Below, one piece after another: positions 38,708-52,134 of a stretch of 64,000 bases of DNA (positions are counted from its first letter, which is position 1; each line of letters starts with the position of its first letter). The notes under the pieces are model-generated. The model worked only from the letters and a program-made list of their open reading frames with translations. It did not search any database and was not told the origin of the DNA. Made by a program: the position numbers and the translations under genes. The stretch comes from Bugula neritina (Eukaryota > Animalia > Bryozoa): assembly GCA_964035545.1 (NCBI GenBank), contig OZ037772.1, positions 124,001-188,000 of the forward strand, in the 5' to 3' direction.

Positions 38708-39552
38708 ACCGGCTTTCCATGTACCGATCTCAGGGAGATCGATCCATGGAAAGATGTCAAAGATCGATCTCAGTCGTTCTGAGCTGGTCGGTCTGTAGAG
38801 CTCGAACTCAGATCGATCTCATAGCAATAAGACCATGGAAAGACGAAAGATCGATCCGAGAAGTAGAAAAATGACTGCTCGCTAAAATGTTGTCTGCTAA
38901 TGAAAATGATAACTTATTGTTAATTACTAAGCAAAGTACTTAATAATTAGGATAGCCATTTTTTCAAGTGACAAAACTTTGACCTTTAGTAAAATGATTA
39001 AGAAAACTTAATTATGTAAAATTATAGACGGTAGAAGATACAAAAAGTGAGAGCATTTAAATTGAATTTAAACGACCAGTATAACGCACTGTCATTAGTT
39101 AATTGCTGCGTAATTTTAAGCCTAATAGTCCCGTAAGTTTATGAATAAGCTGCACAACAGCTATTAATTTTATATAAGCTGCCAAGCTAAAATATTAAAA
39201 TAAATTATCTTAAATTGGCCGAATTACTTCATATTGAAAGCTTTATTGCGTAGAGTTTATAGCTGACGTTAAATTTTAGACTATGAAAATTTTGTTTTTC
39301 AACAGCAGTAGCTTTTATCACTTAGGTGAGTGAAAAAAATATACTATTAATGTAGTCTTCACCTAAGAGGAGGCAACTCCGAGAGATCGATCTGACACTC
39401 TCATGGAAAAATGATCGAGCTGAGCACATTTCTCAGATCGATCTCGCTGAGATCGATCTGAGATCGGTACATGGAAAGCCCGTGAATATGAACCAAGTTA
39501 AATTAGTTAAATCTTGCAAGTTGTGCTCTTAATTTTATATTAGCAAGGCTAA

Positions 39553-39740
39553 TGAGGCCAAACAAGGTAGTGTACCATTAATACTGTTGAGGCCAAACAA
39601 GGTAGTGTACCATTAATACTGTTGAGGCCAAACAAGGTAGTGTACCATCAACACTATTGAGGTCAAACAAGGTAGTGTATCATCAACACTATTGAGGCCA
39701 AACAAGGTAGTGTATCATCAATAATAATATTGAGGCCAAA
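39553..39740. repeat. 35-bp minisatellite
   Basis: TGAGGCCAAACAAGGTAGTGTACCATTAATACTGT, ~5 units. Confidence 0.93.
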
Positions 39741-41317
39741 TGACAACAAGCTGTACTATATTCAAGATGAACTGAAACCTACTGAGAAAGTTTCTGTTAG
39801 AGTCATTACAACTTGTCTGTGCACACAGAAGCACCAAAATGGTCCACAATTCACGAAGGTATGTCAACTGCATGTAGTTGTAAAATATCTTAGCTCAGCC
39901 TGCAGTGTTCTCTGGAATATTCCTTAGGATATTAAGGATAATTATTTTTTTCTGTTTTATTGTTGAGCTTATATACTCTGATTTGTATCAACACTACATT
40001 GTTAGATTGAAACTGTTTCTGTGAGCCAACTAGACAACAGACAGTATAGCAACAAGAAAATGATTTAATCATTGTTTGTAGGTCAAAGGTTAAATAATAA
40101 TATGAGAGAGGGGTTGATAGTTTAATACTTTATACAACATTAGTATTACATTATAATCTCAGTATAGATAACTGCTAATACATTTTGTTAAATTTTAGAG
40201 TGATGCCTTTTTGTTGCATATATTATTACATAACATGTGATTATTACTTGCTGATGTCTCTTATTGAATTTTAATTTGAAAACTCAAATAGTGATTGAAT
40301 CAGTAAATATATAATTTATCTGTTTATTATTAATGTTATTTTAACAGAAATATGCTACTTTGGAGTTATTCCGAATACTATAATATATAAGTTGTAGTAT
40401 TCAGGTCAGCTAGGGTTGGTATATTGGCATGGGTTGCTTGGCTGTGAGGATGACTCCAGCTCCTGTCTTAGTCTGTGAGGAGTTAAGACTGTGATCCAGA
40501 ACACGTCTGCCTTGGATGGTGTTCAGGGGTGCCTGGGTGGGTGGAGTCCCTTAACCTGAGTGGTGTTCAAGAGTTCTTGTCGTCTACCTGGTGTTCAGGA
40601 GTGTTGGTGTAGGAGAGGTCAGCTATTTATATTATACGGAGCACTCCCTTTGACTAATAGTATACTACCACTGCACACTGGAGAGGAGTTGTCCTCTAAT
40701 ATTACATAATGGTGAACATGTCATAATTAAACTGTAACCAATTTAACTAAACTCATCAAATTACACGCATTTCACAAAGCAGCTGCATCACAGACAGCTC
40801 ATGTGCAGAGTAATACAGTGTTTATATCTAGCTGATTGCCTTATATATTATTTATCAGATTCCTGATTGCATGACAAGAAACAATTTGATTGGCTACTCA
40901 ATGCTATTGTTTGCACAGCAATGGAATGTATAACATTGTGAATGGTTGGAATAAATTTACTTAGTTATGTTGGAGTTACTTGCACCTGCATGTCAATTCA
41001 GTGAATAAATTCTCCCACAGACAAGTCATTTAGAGTTACTGCTCCAGTAAAGATTATTTTTTAGTAAGTGAACTCAACTTGAACTAAAGCTAATGAGGCA
41101 TGAAAACAGACTATATTTTCGCTAGCAAATAAACTTTATTAGATAGTAAAATGGCAACATATATTTGATACAGTAAAACATCTCATATCTAACTATAAAT
41201 ACAGGGTGTGTGTAATGATGAATTGTAATGAATCCAACTATGTTGATGACAAATATTATCTAGTTTATCTCTCAGCACCTCACTGAGCTGATTATTAGTC
41301 AACTGTAGCTGATAAGT

Positions 41318-44300
41318 TTAGTATTTTATTGTGTATCTCCTCAGACCACCATCTAAACATGCTAGAAACACTGTGTCTCTGTTATACACAGCAATGTCCC
41401 TCACCAACCTACTCACACCAAGACTTTCTCTGGGAACAGTAAGCACCAGTTGACCTGCAAATAATAGCATCATATTGTATCAGTTGGTGTGTATTGAGAG
41501 AAACTGACAGACTGTCTTTAAAGATGGAACTAAGCAGGTTGTATGCATGAAGTAAATATTCTAACAGAAAATAGTGTCTCATTATACAACTTGTATTGAA
41601 AGGAAGACTGAATAGAGAGTTTACTAAGAGCTCACTGCACACTACACAGAGTACACCTTAAACCTATACAATATAATACACACTTTTACCTGTGCTTACA
41701 TCCTGCATGTTACTGCAGCTGGAAATAAACTTATTGTAGGGAGGCAGTATTATTCACTAATATTATTATTAGCTACAAGTCATGTGATGAAGAATATAGC
41801 ATCTACTATCAGCATGTTACAGTCTTTATTACATAACTTTTAGCTAAAAATAACATCAGTGACTTGATAAATACTAACAATATCATAATATATCTTATGA
41901 GTGGAAGTTGTTTACTGTTGATTATTAAAATATATTATTTACTACAACATAATTATATATAAAATAACTAAACTTACTATAATAAACAGAGTATTTACCT
42001 TCAAGTGAGAGGATGAGGAGAGGTCCTATCCCTGTACAGATGTGAATCAGTTCAGATGTTGGATCAAAGGAAATACCAGTTGGGTCTGAGATGTGAGGAA
42101 ACTCCCACATTAGAGAGAGAGTTGTGTTCTCCACTTTATATCTTCTCACTTTACCATCTGCAGTGAAGTCTCCTATGAGGAGAGTTGAGTCTGGGAGGAT
42201 GCATACAGGGTAAGGGTTCTCCATCTCAGGAAGTGGGAACTTCTGTATTTTATTGTCAACTAGGTTACAGACTACCAGCTGTTTCTCTCTACTGTCTACA
42301 ATAGAGAGCAGTGAGTCGTGCTGAGCTATTCTATAGTAAAGGAAGGGTACATCTACTGAATGCTTGTAGAGGGAGCGAGTCTTCTCAAAGGAGTTCGGAT
42401 CAAGAAGTGAGACTTCAGCTGTTTCCTCCTCTCTGTTATACCAGCTGCCAACCATCACCCCTTCAGGTTGGATTATCTCCCCCCACCCTGTAGTGTTGGT
42501 GTGTTTCACTGAGCTGATAGTATCCAGAGTCTCTCTATTTATTACTTCTACACCTTCTCGTGTCCGACACATCAGATGTCCATCAGCTGAGATGTTTACT
42601 GAGGCACACAAGCCACGTACAGGAAGTCCATCAGACTGGAGAGAAGATGGTGGCTGCAGCAGCTTCAGTCCCAGACTGTCTTCACTGTCTGCAACAACAA
42701 AATAACAATTCTATAACTTGAGAATCTCATCACCTGAGGAGGTGGGAACAGCTTTTCAAACCTAAAATAAAAAGATGCACAGGTCTAAGTGAGAATATCT
42801 TGTTAATACTGACAGCAGGTAGTCAGCATAACACAGTTTAGCAGCTCACTTATACATCATAAACTCTGAAACACTGCAGAAATGTCTCATAATGTGAGAG
42901 TAAAACAAAACTCAATTCTCTGATAAATAAACTCTATCTACTTATTCTACTATTTAAATATTCAGTGAAAACAATTCAACTGATTACAAGCAGAAAGTTA
43001 TTTATAGTTAGTGTTACTATTTATAGACTCCACCTACATGTTGGTACCAAGATGCTGTCTGGAAGTACACACTTCTCTATTACACCAATATCTGTAGCCT
43101 TTTCCACCTTCTCACTCATCTCTTTGTAGTCTCTCACAATCCCTGCATCATTGAACTTATCAACTGCATGTTGTACTGTGTCCAGCAGAGACTGTCTGCC
43201 CATTGTCTTACTCAAGGCCAGCTCTATTCTATAATTATCCACTATCTGTGTGCAGCTTTTCAAATATCCATATATTTCTAGCCTCAGGTTTGTAGCTCTC
43301 TTTCTAATCTCTTCTATCTAATAAATAGTAACACAGTGTAACCACATCTGCACCTCACAACCTCTGCACTTGAAATGAAAGTGACAGATCACCCACTGAG
43401 TGGACAATGACTCAGTCACGTGACACTCTATACACAGCAGAGAGCTAGTACATCACGTGACTAGTCTCCTCCTCCTGACACCTGTCAATCACTCACACAG
43501 CCAACCTCTCTGTGTGAGTGATTGACAGTTGCAGAAGGATGAGTGAGTCATCTGTATTGACAGGTTCCTCTGCACTGAGTAACATGAGATGAATGACTAT
43601 ACTGCTACTTGTTCACAGAATGATAATACTTTAATGGCCAATTAATTCTAGTGGCAAATGAAATTCATTCCTGATTACAACTCAAAAACCAAATGCAAAA
43701 CCCAATTTCAGCCAAACAGAAATACATTAGATGACATCACCATGTCAGCTTACCTGCGCGTCAGCCACAGCGTTTACTCTGGCAACCATCTTCTTCACTT
43801 CATCTTCTATTTTACTCAGTTCTTTCCAGGCATCCTTTGAGATGTCATTCAACTCTGCAACTTTCTCAGACAGAGTCTCTATTCCACCAGTCAGACTTTC
43901 TCGTAACTCACAAGACAAATCACTCAAAGATGCCAAGTCATGGGATGCTACTGTCTCCTCTGTATACATAAAATCACACTATTTATAAAAGCATTTTTAG
44001 ATATGACATTGTACTTATCCTACACCTACTACCTGTACCTACAGGTTGATGATGTATCACTATACACATACTATGTAATAACTAAACAGTTAGACCCTGC
44101 CTCAAGTATTGCTATCTGAGTTAATCATAGCTCAACCTTCTCTAGCAGTGATTCACACAAAGGAACATTCTAGAAAGATGTCACATGTTTAGCTCATTAT
44201 TCCCTGCTTGCACTTGGAATGACATAATTGAAAAAAATTAAAGCAGTAGCTCCAACCTTGGAGGAATTCCCCTTGCAGGAAATGTGGGCTTTTTAGGGGG

Positions 44301-47300
44301 TTTCGTTTCACACAGTTTGTTACCAGCTCTTTGAGCTGTTGCCTTGGTTTCAAGATTACATGTACTGTATATGTATAACTACAACTCCTTCATTTTATGT
44401 AGTTCATTTATTTATCCACACTACATTTTACAATCTAAGTTTACTTCTACATTCATGTGTCTAATATTCACTCTACCCTAGCTGCGAATGGAGGTTAACA
44501 AGTTTCTTGAAAGTAAAAAACTAACAGGAAGTTTTTGCAGTCAGTCGAACTGATCTCCATAAACTACTTATTGCATACCTAGTAGATATATTTGCTGTAC
44601 TAAAAACTCTGAACCTAAAATGAATGAGTATAATCATCAACTCACTGCTTTTAATACCAGCATCAATGCTTTCAAAGCTGAACTGAAGTTGTGGCAGACA
44701 CTGGTCCATGTCAAACACAAAGTGCTTTTTTCTACACTCAATGAATTATTAGGAAAACAAGCCGTCCCAGATTTTCTTTATAAATCAAATTACAATTTTT
44801 TAAAAGGGGGGAAACTTAATAGAAAACATTTATAAAAAGGAGGATGGTATGAAGAAGGTGGGACACCACTGAGTTAAAGCTATGCCTATACCATCTTATC
44901 AAGGAAACAGACACTTGAAGGATGAAATATACTAAAATATATTCAACATAACAGTGAGAATATAAACTCCTGCACCATCCACTTCTGTCTCACACAAAAC
45001 TTAATGCTGACAAACTTACTTCCTCTTTTACTGTTACATAACTCACTTTAATAATAAAATAATAAATAACAGGTTCTTGTAACATTTCTCAGTTTCTTTC
45101 TACAGAAATAGAAACAGCAAGTAAATACCTGTCTTATCCTTACAGCCAGTCCTCATATCACATCTCATACAGAATATCTGGTGACACTTGGAACACACTT
45201 CTGTCAGCTGTTCCTCTTTATGATGTTCACATTCAGTTATAGTATATCTTTGGGGAGAAGCTCTGTAGACCTCAATGTCAATAAACTGATGTCTATCTCC
45301 CATCAGCTCTATGTGATTCTGTATAATAAAGGTCAACAGTTTAGTTGGTTGTATTTTCACCAACAAGTCTGTCATAGTTGACTCACTGCACTGTGAAACT
45401 GTGTGTTTAGTATAAAAAGTCACACAGACTCAACATTTCTTTTCAATAATATTCTACATACAAACCAGAACTGGTTTAGTAACTAATCTTGAGAAATGAT
45501 ATAAGAAAGACTCACTTCTTGATGCTGCTGACACAATTTCTTTTGACTCTCAAGACAAAACACAGCAGCTTGTGTTCCACCTTTACACACATCGCAGGGA
45601 ATGGGTGCAGGTTTGGGTGGAGACTTGTATTCTAAGGGGTCTCCATGCTGAGCTACTGGTAGTGTTGTGGGATCTGTGATGTCATAGTGATCTTTCCTAC
45701 AATATATAGCAATCAGTATGTTACCTGTGTTAGCTGTGTTTAGTATATCTCAAGTAATGAAATACTCCATCCACACACACAGCTATGTCCTTGACAAATA
45801 CTCAAATAAATACTCATCACTCATCAACACACATTCATTATATAGACCACAGGCTATCACACAAACACACTTGACTATATTATGTACCTAATATGCTGTA
45901 AAATAGTCACTCATGACAAAGAACTGCTACTCAACAAATAGACTCAACTGTAACTTGTAGAGTAAAATGACAAGACAAATTACTAGTTAACTACTGAGTG
46001 GGGGCCATATTGTCAATAATTATTCACTTTTGTTGCAAGTTTGTGCAATGCAACTAATTACTGAGGGGTGAATTCTGAAGAGCCATTACTACAACATACT
46101 ACAACTATTCCCTGCCACTCTTAGCCTAGGGCCACACGGTGCGTATTTTCGCATGCGAAAATTAAAATCACGGGTAGCAAAGGTGTCCACTGTAGCGTCA
46201 GTGATCACTCGCTTTCAATAAAACGCAATTTACTGGAATATAGCACTAAATAAAGAAATTGGGCTCGCTGAATAACTACCAGCCAATTAGGTGACGACGA
46301 CAGAGACGATTCGCACTTGCGTTGAAAATGCAGAGCGACAAGTGCGAACGTTTTCTCAACGCGCATCGTGTGGCCCTAGGCTAACTGCTAGGAGTGGTGC
46401 GAAACTGTCATTTCATCATCCTTGGCAATGTGTCAAGAGCTAGTGCACTGTGAGTGCGTGTCACGTGTGAGTGTTGCCTATCTCGTGCAGCTATCATAAG
46501 AAGAGTGAGTCATACACTGCGTTTCCATTATCGCATTATGCGAATGGATTTTCTCATTCGCCCTATGGAAACAGTTTCATCGAAGCAAAACCGCAGCCGG
46601 AAATTACACCGAACGGCTCCTTCGATGAAAATTTTCCTTCGCATTATGCGCATCATGGAAATGGTTCCTTCGGTTAAATCGAATGAAACCTTTTGTGCCG
46701 GAGGCAGAGATCAGCATTTGTGGCGGCTAGTTACATAGTTACGCGATGCTAACAATAATTATAGGTTACAACCTACGCTAAAGTGTACTTCGACTTTTAA
46801 AAATTTAAATTATTCTATTTATCCTAGCTGCTATTATTTAAAATAATTACTAATCATCTTAAATTTATAAAACTATTTTGCAAGCCAAAGCTTTCTCAAG
46901 CTAAAAATAAGTTGACAGCTAATTTCATTTTGAAAATTTAAATTACTTTTAAGTTGCGTTTATACCTCTGCTGAAAAAAGTACCGAGTTTAAGTTAATAA
47001 TGCTTGTCCGGGTACCCCTTTATAGTCAAACCGAAACTCGTTGAAATCATATTGATGCGGTTGCTCACTTTCTGAAATTGAAATTTGACTCGCATAATAG
47101 CTATTTGATGCCCTTTGTAAACGTCGTGAATTAGTGAAGCGGAAAGCATAAAAGTGATAATTGAGAAGGCGTAGGCTATATAGTTATAACCGTATAAGTA
47201 CGTTGTCTAATCGCCAAAGTAATAACTAAATAACGATGTTTACAAGGAGTTATTACTCCTATTCTAAAATTGGCCGATTAAGTTATCACAGTACAAAAAT

Positions 47301-49491
47301 TTCAACGAGTGGCTTTTACAATGCAATGCAACTAGGAGAAATTTCAACCCGGCCAAATTGAAATTTTGACCGAAAATCGTGAAGGTATAAACGCAACTTT
47401 AAGCTTTTGTTTATCGATCAAGAAATACGTTATGCTTTCATTGGTTTATAGTTTAAATAAACTGACTCAAAGTTTGTGTATTTAGTTGATTTAATCTATC
47501 AAAAATGGGGACAGAATTAAAAAATTGTCGTTGTGCATGAACTCAAACTCAAAGTTGGCCATATTAATTATCATTTTAGTTCGGCCGTCACAGTTGCAAA
47601 GAGAAGATAACTTCGTACGGATTGCATAGGAACGTGTGGTTTTTCCTTCGATGTAATCCGTACGGGCATCCGTACGCATTCATTCGCCTTCATGGAAACG
47701 CAGTGATAGGATAAGTTGTAGTTAGTAATCCATTTAACTATCTTCAGTGTAGTACTATTATGTATGTGCAGCAGGTTGGGTCACAGTCTAAGTCAGAGGG
47801 GGGGGGGTTGGCATAATATAGGCCTAAATCCTCAACACTATTCATGACTCAGTACAAAGTAACACCTAATTATACAACTGACTGATGGTAGAAGAAGTAC
47901 CAACTCATCAAAGCTAAAGGAAACACTCAATTCACAGATTATATTAGACATTGATTGACGCCACATAATATTATATTGTACCAAATACAATTGTGATGGC
48001 TATCTAATATTCTATCAAAATTTCAGCATTGAATTTAACTAAATAGGTCACAGAATCACTGATTCCTGTCTAAGGGACTGACTACTGATTGTCATAAGAC
48101 GTGCTCTTCAGTCAAATAATTTCCCAGTGACTGCTTGGCCTTGTCAATGGCTATTATGCTTTGGCAGCCCGGATGTTGGCAGAACTTTGAACAGCTAGTG
48201 GTAATAGTAGCAGCTGCTAGACTCTAGAGTCTAGAGCTATGAGTCTATCGCATAAGAACTAAAGCTATTGAGCAAACTGCCATCATAAAAGTACCTCTCT
48301 CAACATTATATTAAAATAATATAATTCTATTCCTTACAGATCACACATAACCATGGACAATAACCAGACACTCCACTATCACTACACAATCACTACATAC
48401 TAGTAAACTGTACTTTGTGCCACAGCAACTCTGTTGTCATGACAACATCATACATGTTTCTAATTGCAGGAAAGAAGATAGTAAACACAAGTCAATCCAA
48501 CACAGTGGTTCCCAACCTGGGAGAATCCCCCTATAAGAGGGAATTTGGGCTTTTTAGGGGGAGCCTGGATTTCGATTTTGAAAATTTCAAGCAGTTTGTT
48601 AAAGACTTTTGAGCTCTTGCAAGTTACATGTACATGTATATCTATAAGCCTTCATCTTAGGTTATCTATTTAACCAGTTCTGCCATCTCAGTCTACTTCT
48701 ACATGAATGTGTTTTAATTACAATATTGGGGTTGGGGTTTAGGGGTTGGGGTGGGAGGTTTGAAAGCAAGCTGACACAATGTCATCAGCTGCAGCCATAA
48801 TATTAATAATTGAACTGCTCTGTGTTTTATACATGCATAATATAATTATCAGAAATAACTATATTATATTCAAATGTAATAGGAAAAATATTGCATAGTA
48901 ATCTATATTATCATTATGTCAGTCATAAACTTTTTCGTTTCTTAAAGGGGGGATAATTAATAGTAAACATTTATGAAAGTGGGGATGATATGAAAAAGGT
49001 TGGTCTAACAAGTCTTGTACTGTATGAGAACAAAATAATATAATGAGGAGACAACCCCAATCCCATGACATCCAACAGCACCACAATTCAACAAGAGAGG
49101 ACAGCTGATGGTGTAATCTACATAACAGATATCTTTTTAACCTAATGAAAAGATATCCACACACTCCACAAGTTAGTAACCAGAGTTCACATAGAACATA
49201 CAGTATTGTTTGCTTTTCATAGACACAGATCAGACAACTCCTAGATGATAGTGAGAAAATCATACGCAAGCCTATGACATGATATATTGTGTTATGTACT
49301 GTAACTCACCTACAATAAGCACATCTGATATGATCCTTCCTACCACCGATGTCAGTCATCAAACATCTCATGCAGTAGACATGGAGACAGGGCAGAGTTC
49401 TGGGATCTTCAAGTTTGTTGAAGTACTGCGAGCAGTACCCACAGCGATATGAATTGTTTAGTCTCTTTATCACGACTCTGGATTCTGCCAT
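41318..49491 (-). CDS. TRIM-NHL-like protein, copy B, ~621 aa. Exons 49310-49491, 45516-45696, 45129-45318, 43754-43959, 43038-43317, 41999-42688, 41318-41454
   Basis: Same RING/B-box/coiled-coil exons as copy A, plus propeller-like repeats (ENPYPVCILPDSTLLIGD, SDPTGISFDPTSELIHIC). Spliced CDS of 1866 nt is open to TAA at 41318-41320; AATAAA on the minus strand at 41135-41140. The exon-5 donor (43038) is the least certain junction. Confidence 0.85.
44244..44871 (+). mobile_element. hAT relic, copy B
   Basis: Flanks AATTAAAG / AGTTAAAG; homologous to 974-1585. Confidence 0.65.
46124..46381. mobile_element. Second, internally deleted copy of the 33375-33704 MITE
   Basis: Same termini; TTA/TAA flanks; empty site in copy A at ~2835. 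Confidence 0.88.
46516..47705. mobile_element. MITE with CACTGCGTTTCCAT TIRs
   Basis: Perfect 14-bp TIRs; 3-bp TSD ATA; empty site in copy A at ~2963. Confidence 0.88.
46952..47398. mobile_element. Kolobok-like MITE nested inside the 46516-47705 element
   Basis: TIR AGTTGCGTTTATACCT...AGGTATAAACGCAACT; TTTA/TTAA flanks; a diverged relative lies in VARS intron 2. Confidence 0.7.
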
Positions 49492-51599
49492 CTTGGTTAT
49501 ATAATAAGGAAATCCTGTAAAAGATACACATACTCTTAGCATAATATTTCACACTACATCTGTGAAGGTTTCCAAATCAAAGACTTAACCATTAACAATA
49601 AACCATACAAAATAAAGACATGAAGAATAATGTCAAACAAAGGCAGTTAATAACACTGGTATACATGATAGTCAGCTACAACATGCTGAGCTCACAGCTT
49701 CAACTCTCTAACAAAGGCTGTATTGTTTCCATTGTAATCACTGAATAGGTTTTTGCTGGTGACTCAAACTCCATAAACAATAAATATGAAGCGATGTTGT
49801 GTGCTTCAGTGAACACTATTATTCTACTTCTATTGAACATCACTAATCAATTGTTTCCAATATATAGAGGAGAAGTGAAACACGAATACCAGTGAGTTAT
49901 GTATTACTTTTATGAACAAACAGCACAATTGGGCTCAGCTGCTTATCCCCTCATTCAAAGATATCAGCCATTTTTGGGCTAGATACATTGCGTGGGCTCA
50001 CGCTAAGACACAAAATAGGGGGAAACATAGCAGTGGGAGAAAACATAGTTTCATGAAATATTTTGTGCTGGGTGTTGAAAATACTTTGTTTTCTCCATAA
50101 TCTAAATGACAAAATTCATTTTAACATTTCTGCAGTGTTGGTGATGCATGATTTAATATGTTACTTAGATTCCCTCTTCCACCAGCCAGGGAAAAAGCCA
50201 TCAACCGCTAGTTTGCTATTAAATCATTTAATAGAAACTATGGAGGTGTGAAACATACTAATTTAACATGTTTGTGCTTCTGTTAGGTCAGGTGTAGTTG
50301 TTTCATGAGTTGGCAGCTTCTACACTCATCTCTAGCCAATTATTTATTCTACACTCTTACCTAGCAAATGATTTATTAACACTAACCTCATATTTTTATG
50401 TTTACAGCAATAGTAGATCATATAAATGTGGCTAACCTAGTCATATGAGTCAATATTGGGTGATAATCACCAAGATTATCATTATGTATAAATTTAATGA
50501 TGGTAGGGGACCTGGCAGTAAAACCAACTGCAACACTAAATCTAATACTGATAGTTATAGTAGAGCAATAATAGTAACTTACACTTTATAGTTAAACTTA
50601 TAGTAAATGTAATGCAATGAGTAAAAATTACTAATACTAATTAGTAATTACTCATACAACAATACTAATATTAATAGCAGTAATCCTAATAGGAGATGCA
50701 ATATCAATACTAATTGTAATTACTAATAGTAATACTTGAAGTTAATACAAATATTTATATAAACGAAATAGTGCGAAACTGAAATACTAAGTCTTAATTC
50801 CTATATAGTTATACCAACAGTAAATCGAATAGCAATACTAAGAGTAATCTAATAGTACATGTATTACGAATAGACTAATACTTGTAGTACGTAATAGTAA
50901 TCTGTAATCGTAGGCTACTACCACTACTACTACTGTAGACGTAGTAGTACTAGTAGTAGTACTAGTACTACTACTAGTAGATCAATTTTTCAGTATTAAA
51001 ACTTGAACCTAAACTTGAAGTCGATTAAATTTTTTATAATAATAATAAATTTAATATCATTAATACGATATTCATATTTATATTATTCGATAAATCATTA
51101 TAATTAATTAATTATTGATCATATGCCTATGGGCTATGGTATTACTATGTCTATTGTAAATTTCAAATCGAAGACTCAAAGAGAAACAATTATATTTAAT
51201 TAATAATAATATTATAACATTAACTGTAAGAATTTTAATTTATATAACTTATAATTTAAATATAACTTAGTCTTAAGCTTTTTCTTATATTGATATTATA
51301 TAAGTTATAAGCCTAGACTTAAACCTAAAGCTTAAAGGCTAAAAGTAGAACTAAAACTAAAAGTAAAAGTAAATCTAGAATTAAAATAGTAAAATACTAA
51401 ATAGTAAATACTAAAATAGTAAATCTAACTCAGTAACTGCAAGTATTAAAATACGGGTACCTGATTAATTTGAGAAATGATGAGATGACTCAAACTGTTT
51501 TCACCTCACGAGAGTCAATAGTGTCAGTCTGTAAACTGGTAAGAAACTTGGTAACTAGTAAGTAGTAACTGAGAAAAGGCACAATATGAATAAAACTAA

Positions 51600-51750
51600 A
51601 GTAACGAGGAAGTTCTGCGCGCAGAAGGATTATTACACGTCACTCAACTACAAAGGTCGGCTCTATAATAATCACGTGAAAGAAATTAATGTTGCATTCA
51701 GTGAGCGGAGCGCTATATTGTAGCGTCGAAGAGAGACAACTCTAAGGTTG
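51600..51750. promoter_or_regulatory. Candidate bidirectional promoter upstream of TRIM copy B
   Basis: CpG-enriched patch in CpG-poor DNA; palindrome TTCTGCGCGCAGAA (51613-51626); TCACGTGA E-box. Confidence 0.4.
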
Positions 51751-52134
51751 AAATCTGAAAAATTATCCAGGGCATCAGGTGTGCACGTTTTTCAATTGAG
51801 CTATTTTAGAATATCCAATTCCGGTCCTGCATATTTTCAAATTACAAAAATACCAATAACATCTATGTCCTTTTTAGTAGCAAAATCTTTACAAGGACTT
51901 TGTCTCTTATTAGTCTCCTTCAGTGTCAGCTAGCACTTGCGTCTTTTTGTTTGTACTTTCATTATGTAAAATATTTTTATTATAATGTTTGAGTTGAGCT
52001 GTTTAGTACTAGCATATTCAGCAACATCACTGAACATCTGATTAATCCTGAATTTTCTTAACTGGCAGGCTACAATCAAGATGGCAGAGGGATGTGATGC
52101 TATGGTAGAGGTATGGTGGTTCCTCTAGCTCATG

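Larger units (their letters stand above)
34395..39484. mobile_element. ~780-bp MITE (body 38708-39484) whose left TIR is split by the Gypsy element
   Basis: Reconstructed left TIR CACCGGCTTTCCATGTACCGATCTCAG versus right CTGAGATCGGTACATGGAAAGCCCGTG. 3-bp TSD AAT (34392-34394, 39485-39487). Subterminal GATCGATC repeats. PIF/Harbinger- or CACTA-like. Confidence 0.85.

Noticed and set aside
38745-38765. HGKMSKI, resembling the missing ValRS KMSKS motif
   Set aside because: It lies in the MITE's subterminal GATCGATC/CCATGGAAAG repeats, with no flanking ValRS similarity or splice sites.
39553-39740. CRISPR-like 35-bp repeat (also the 43-bp and 30-bp arrays)
   Set aside because: Head-to-tail units without unique spacers, no cas genes, eukaryotic context.
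40420-40650. GC-richer patch, possibly a LINE remnant
   Set aside because: The minus-strand frames I read are all interrupted and show no diagnostic motif.
42734-42761. Possible 28-nt TRIM mini-exon with AG/GT borders
   Set aside because: It would leave a 45-nt intron and break phase with the 42688 acceptor. The direct 43038-42688 join is in frame, but RNA data could overturn this.
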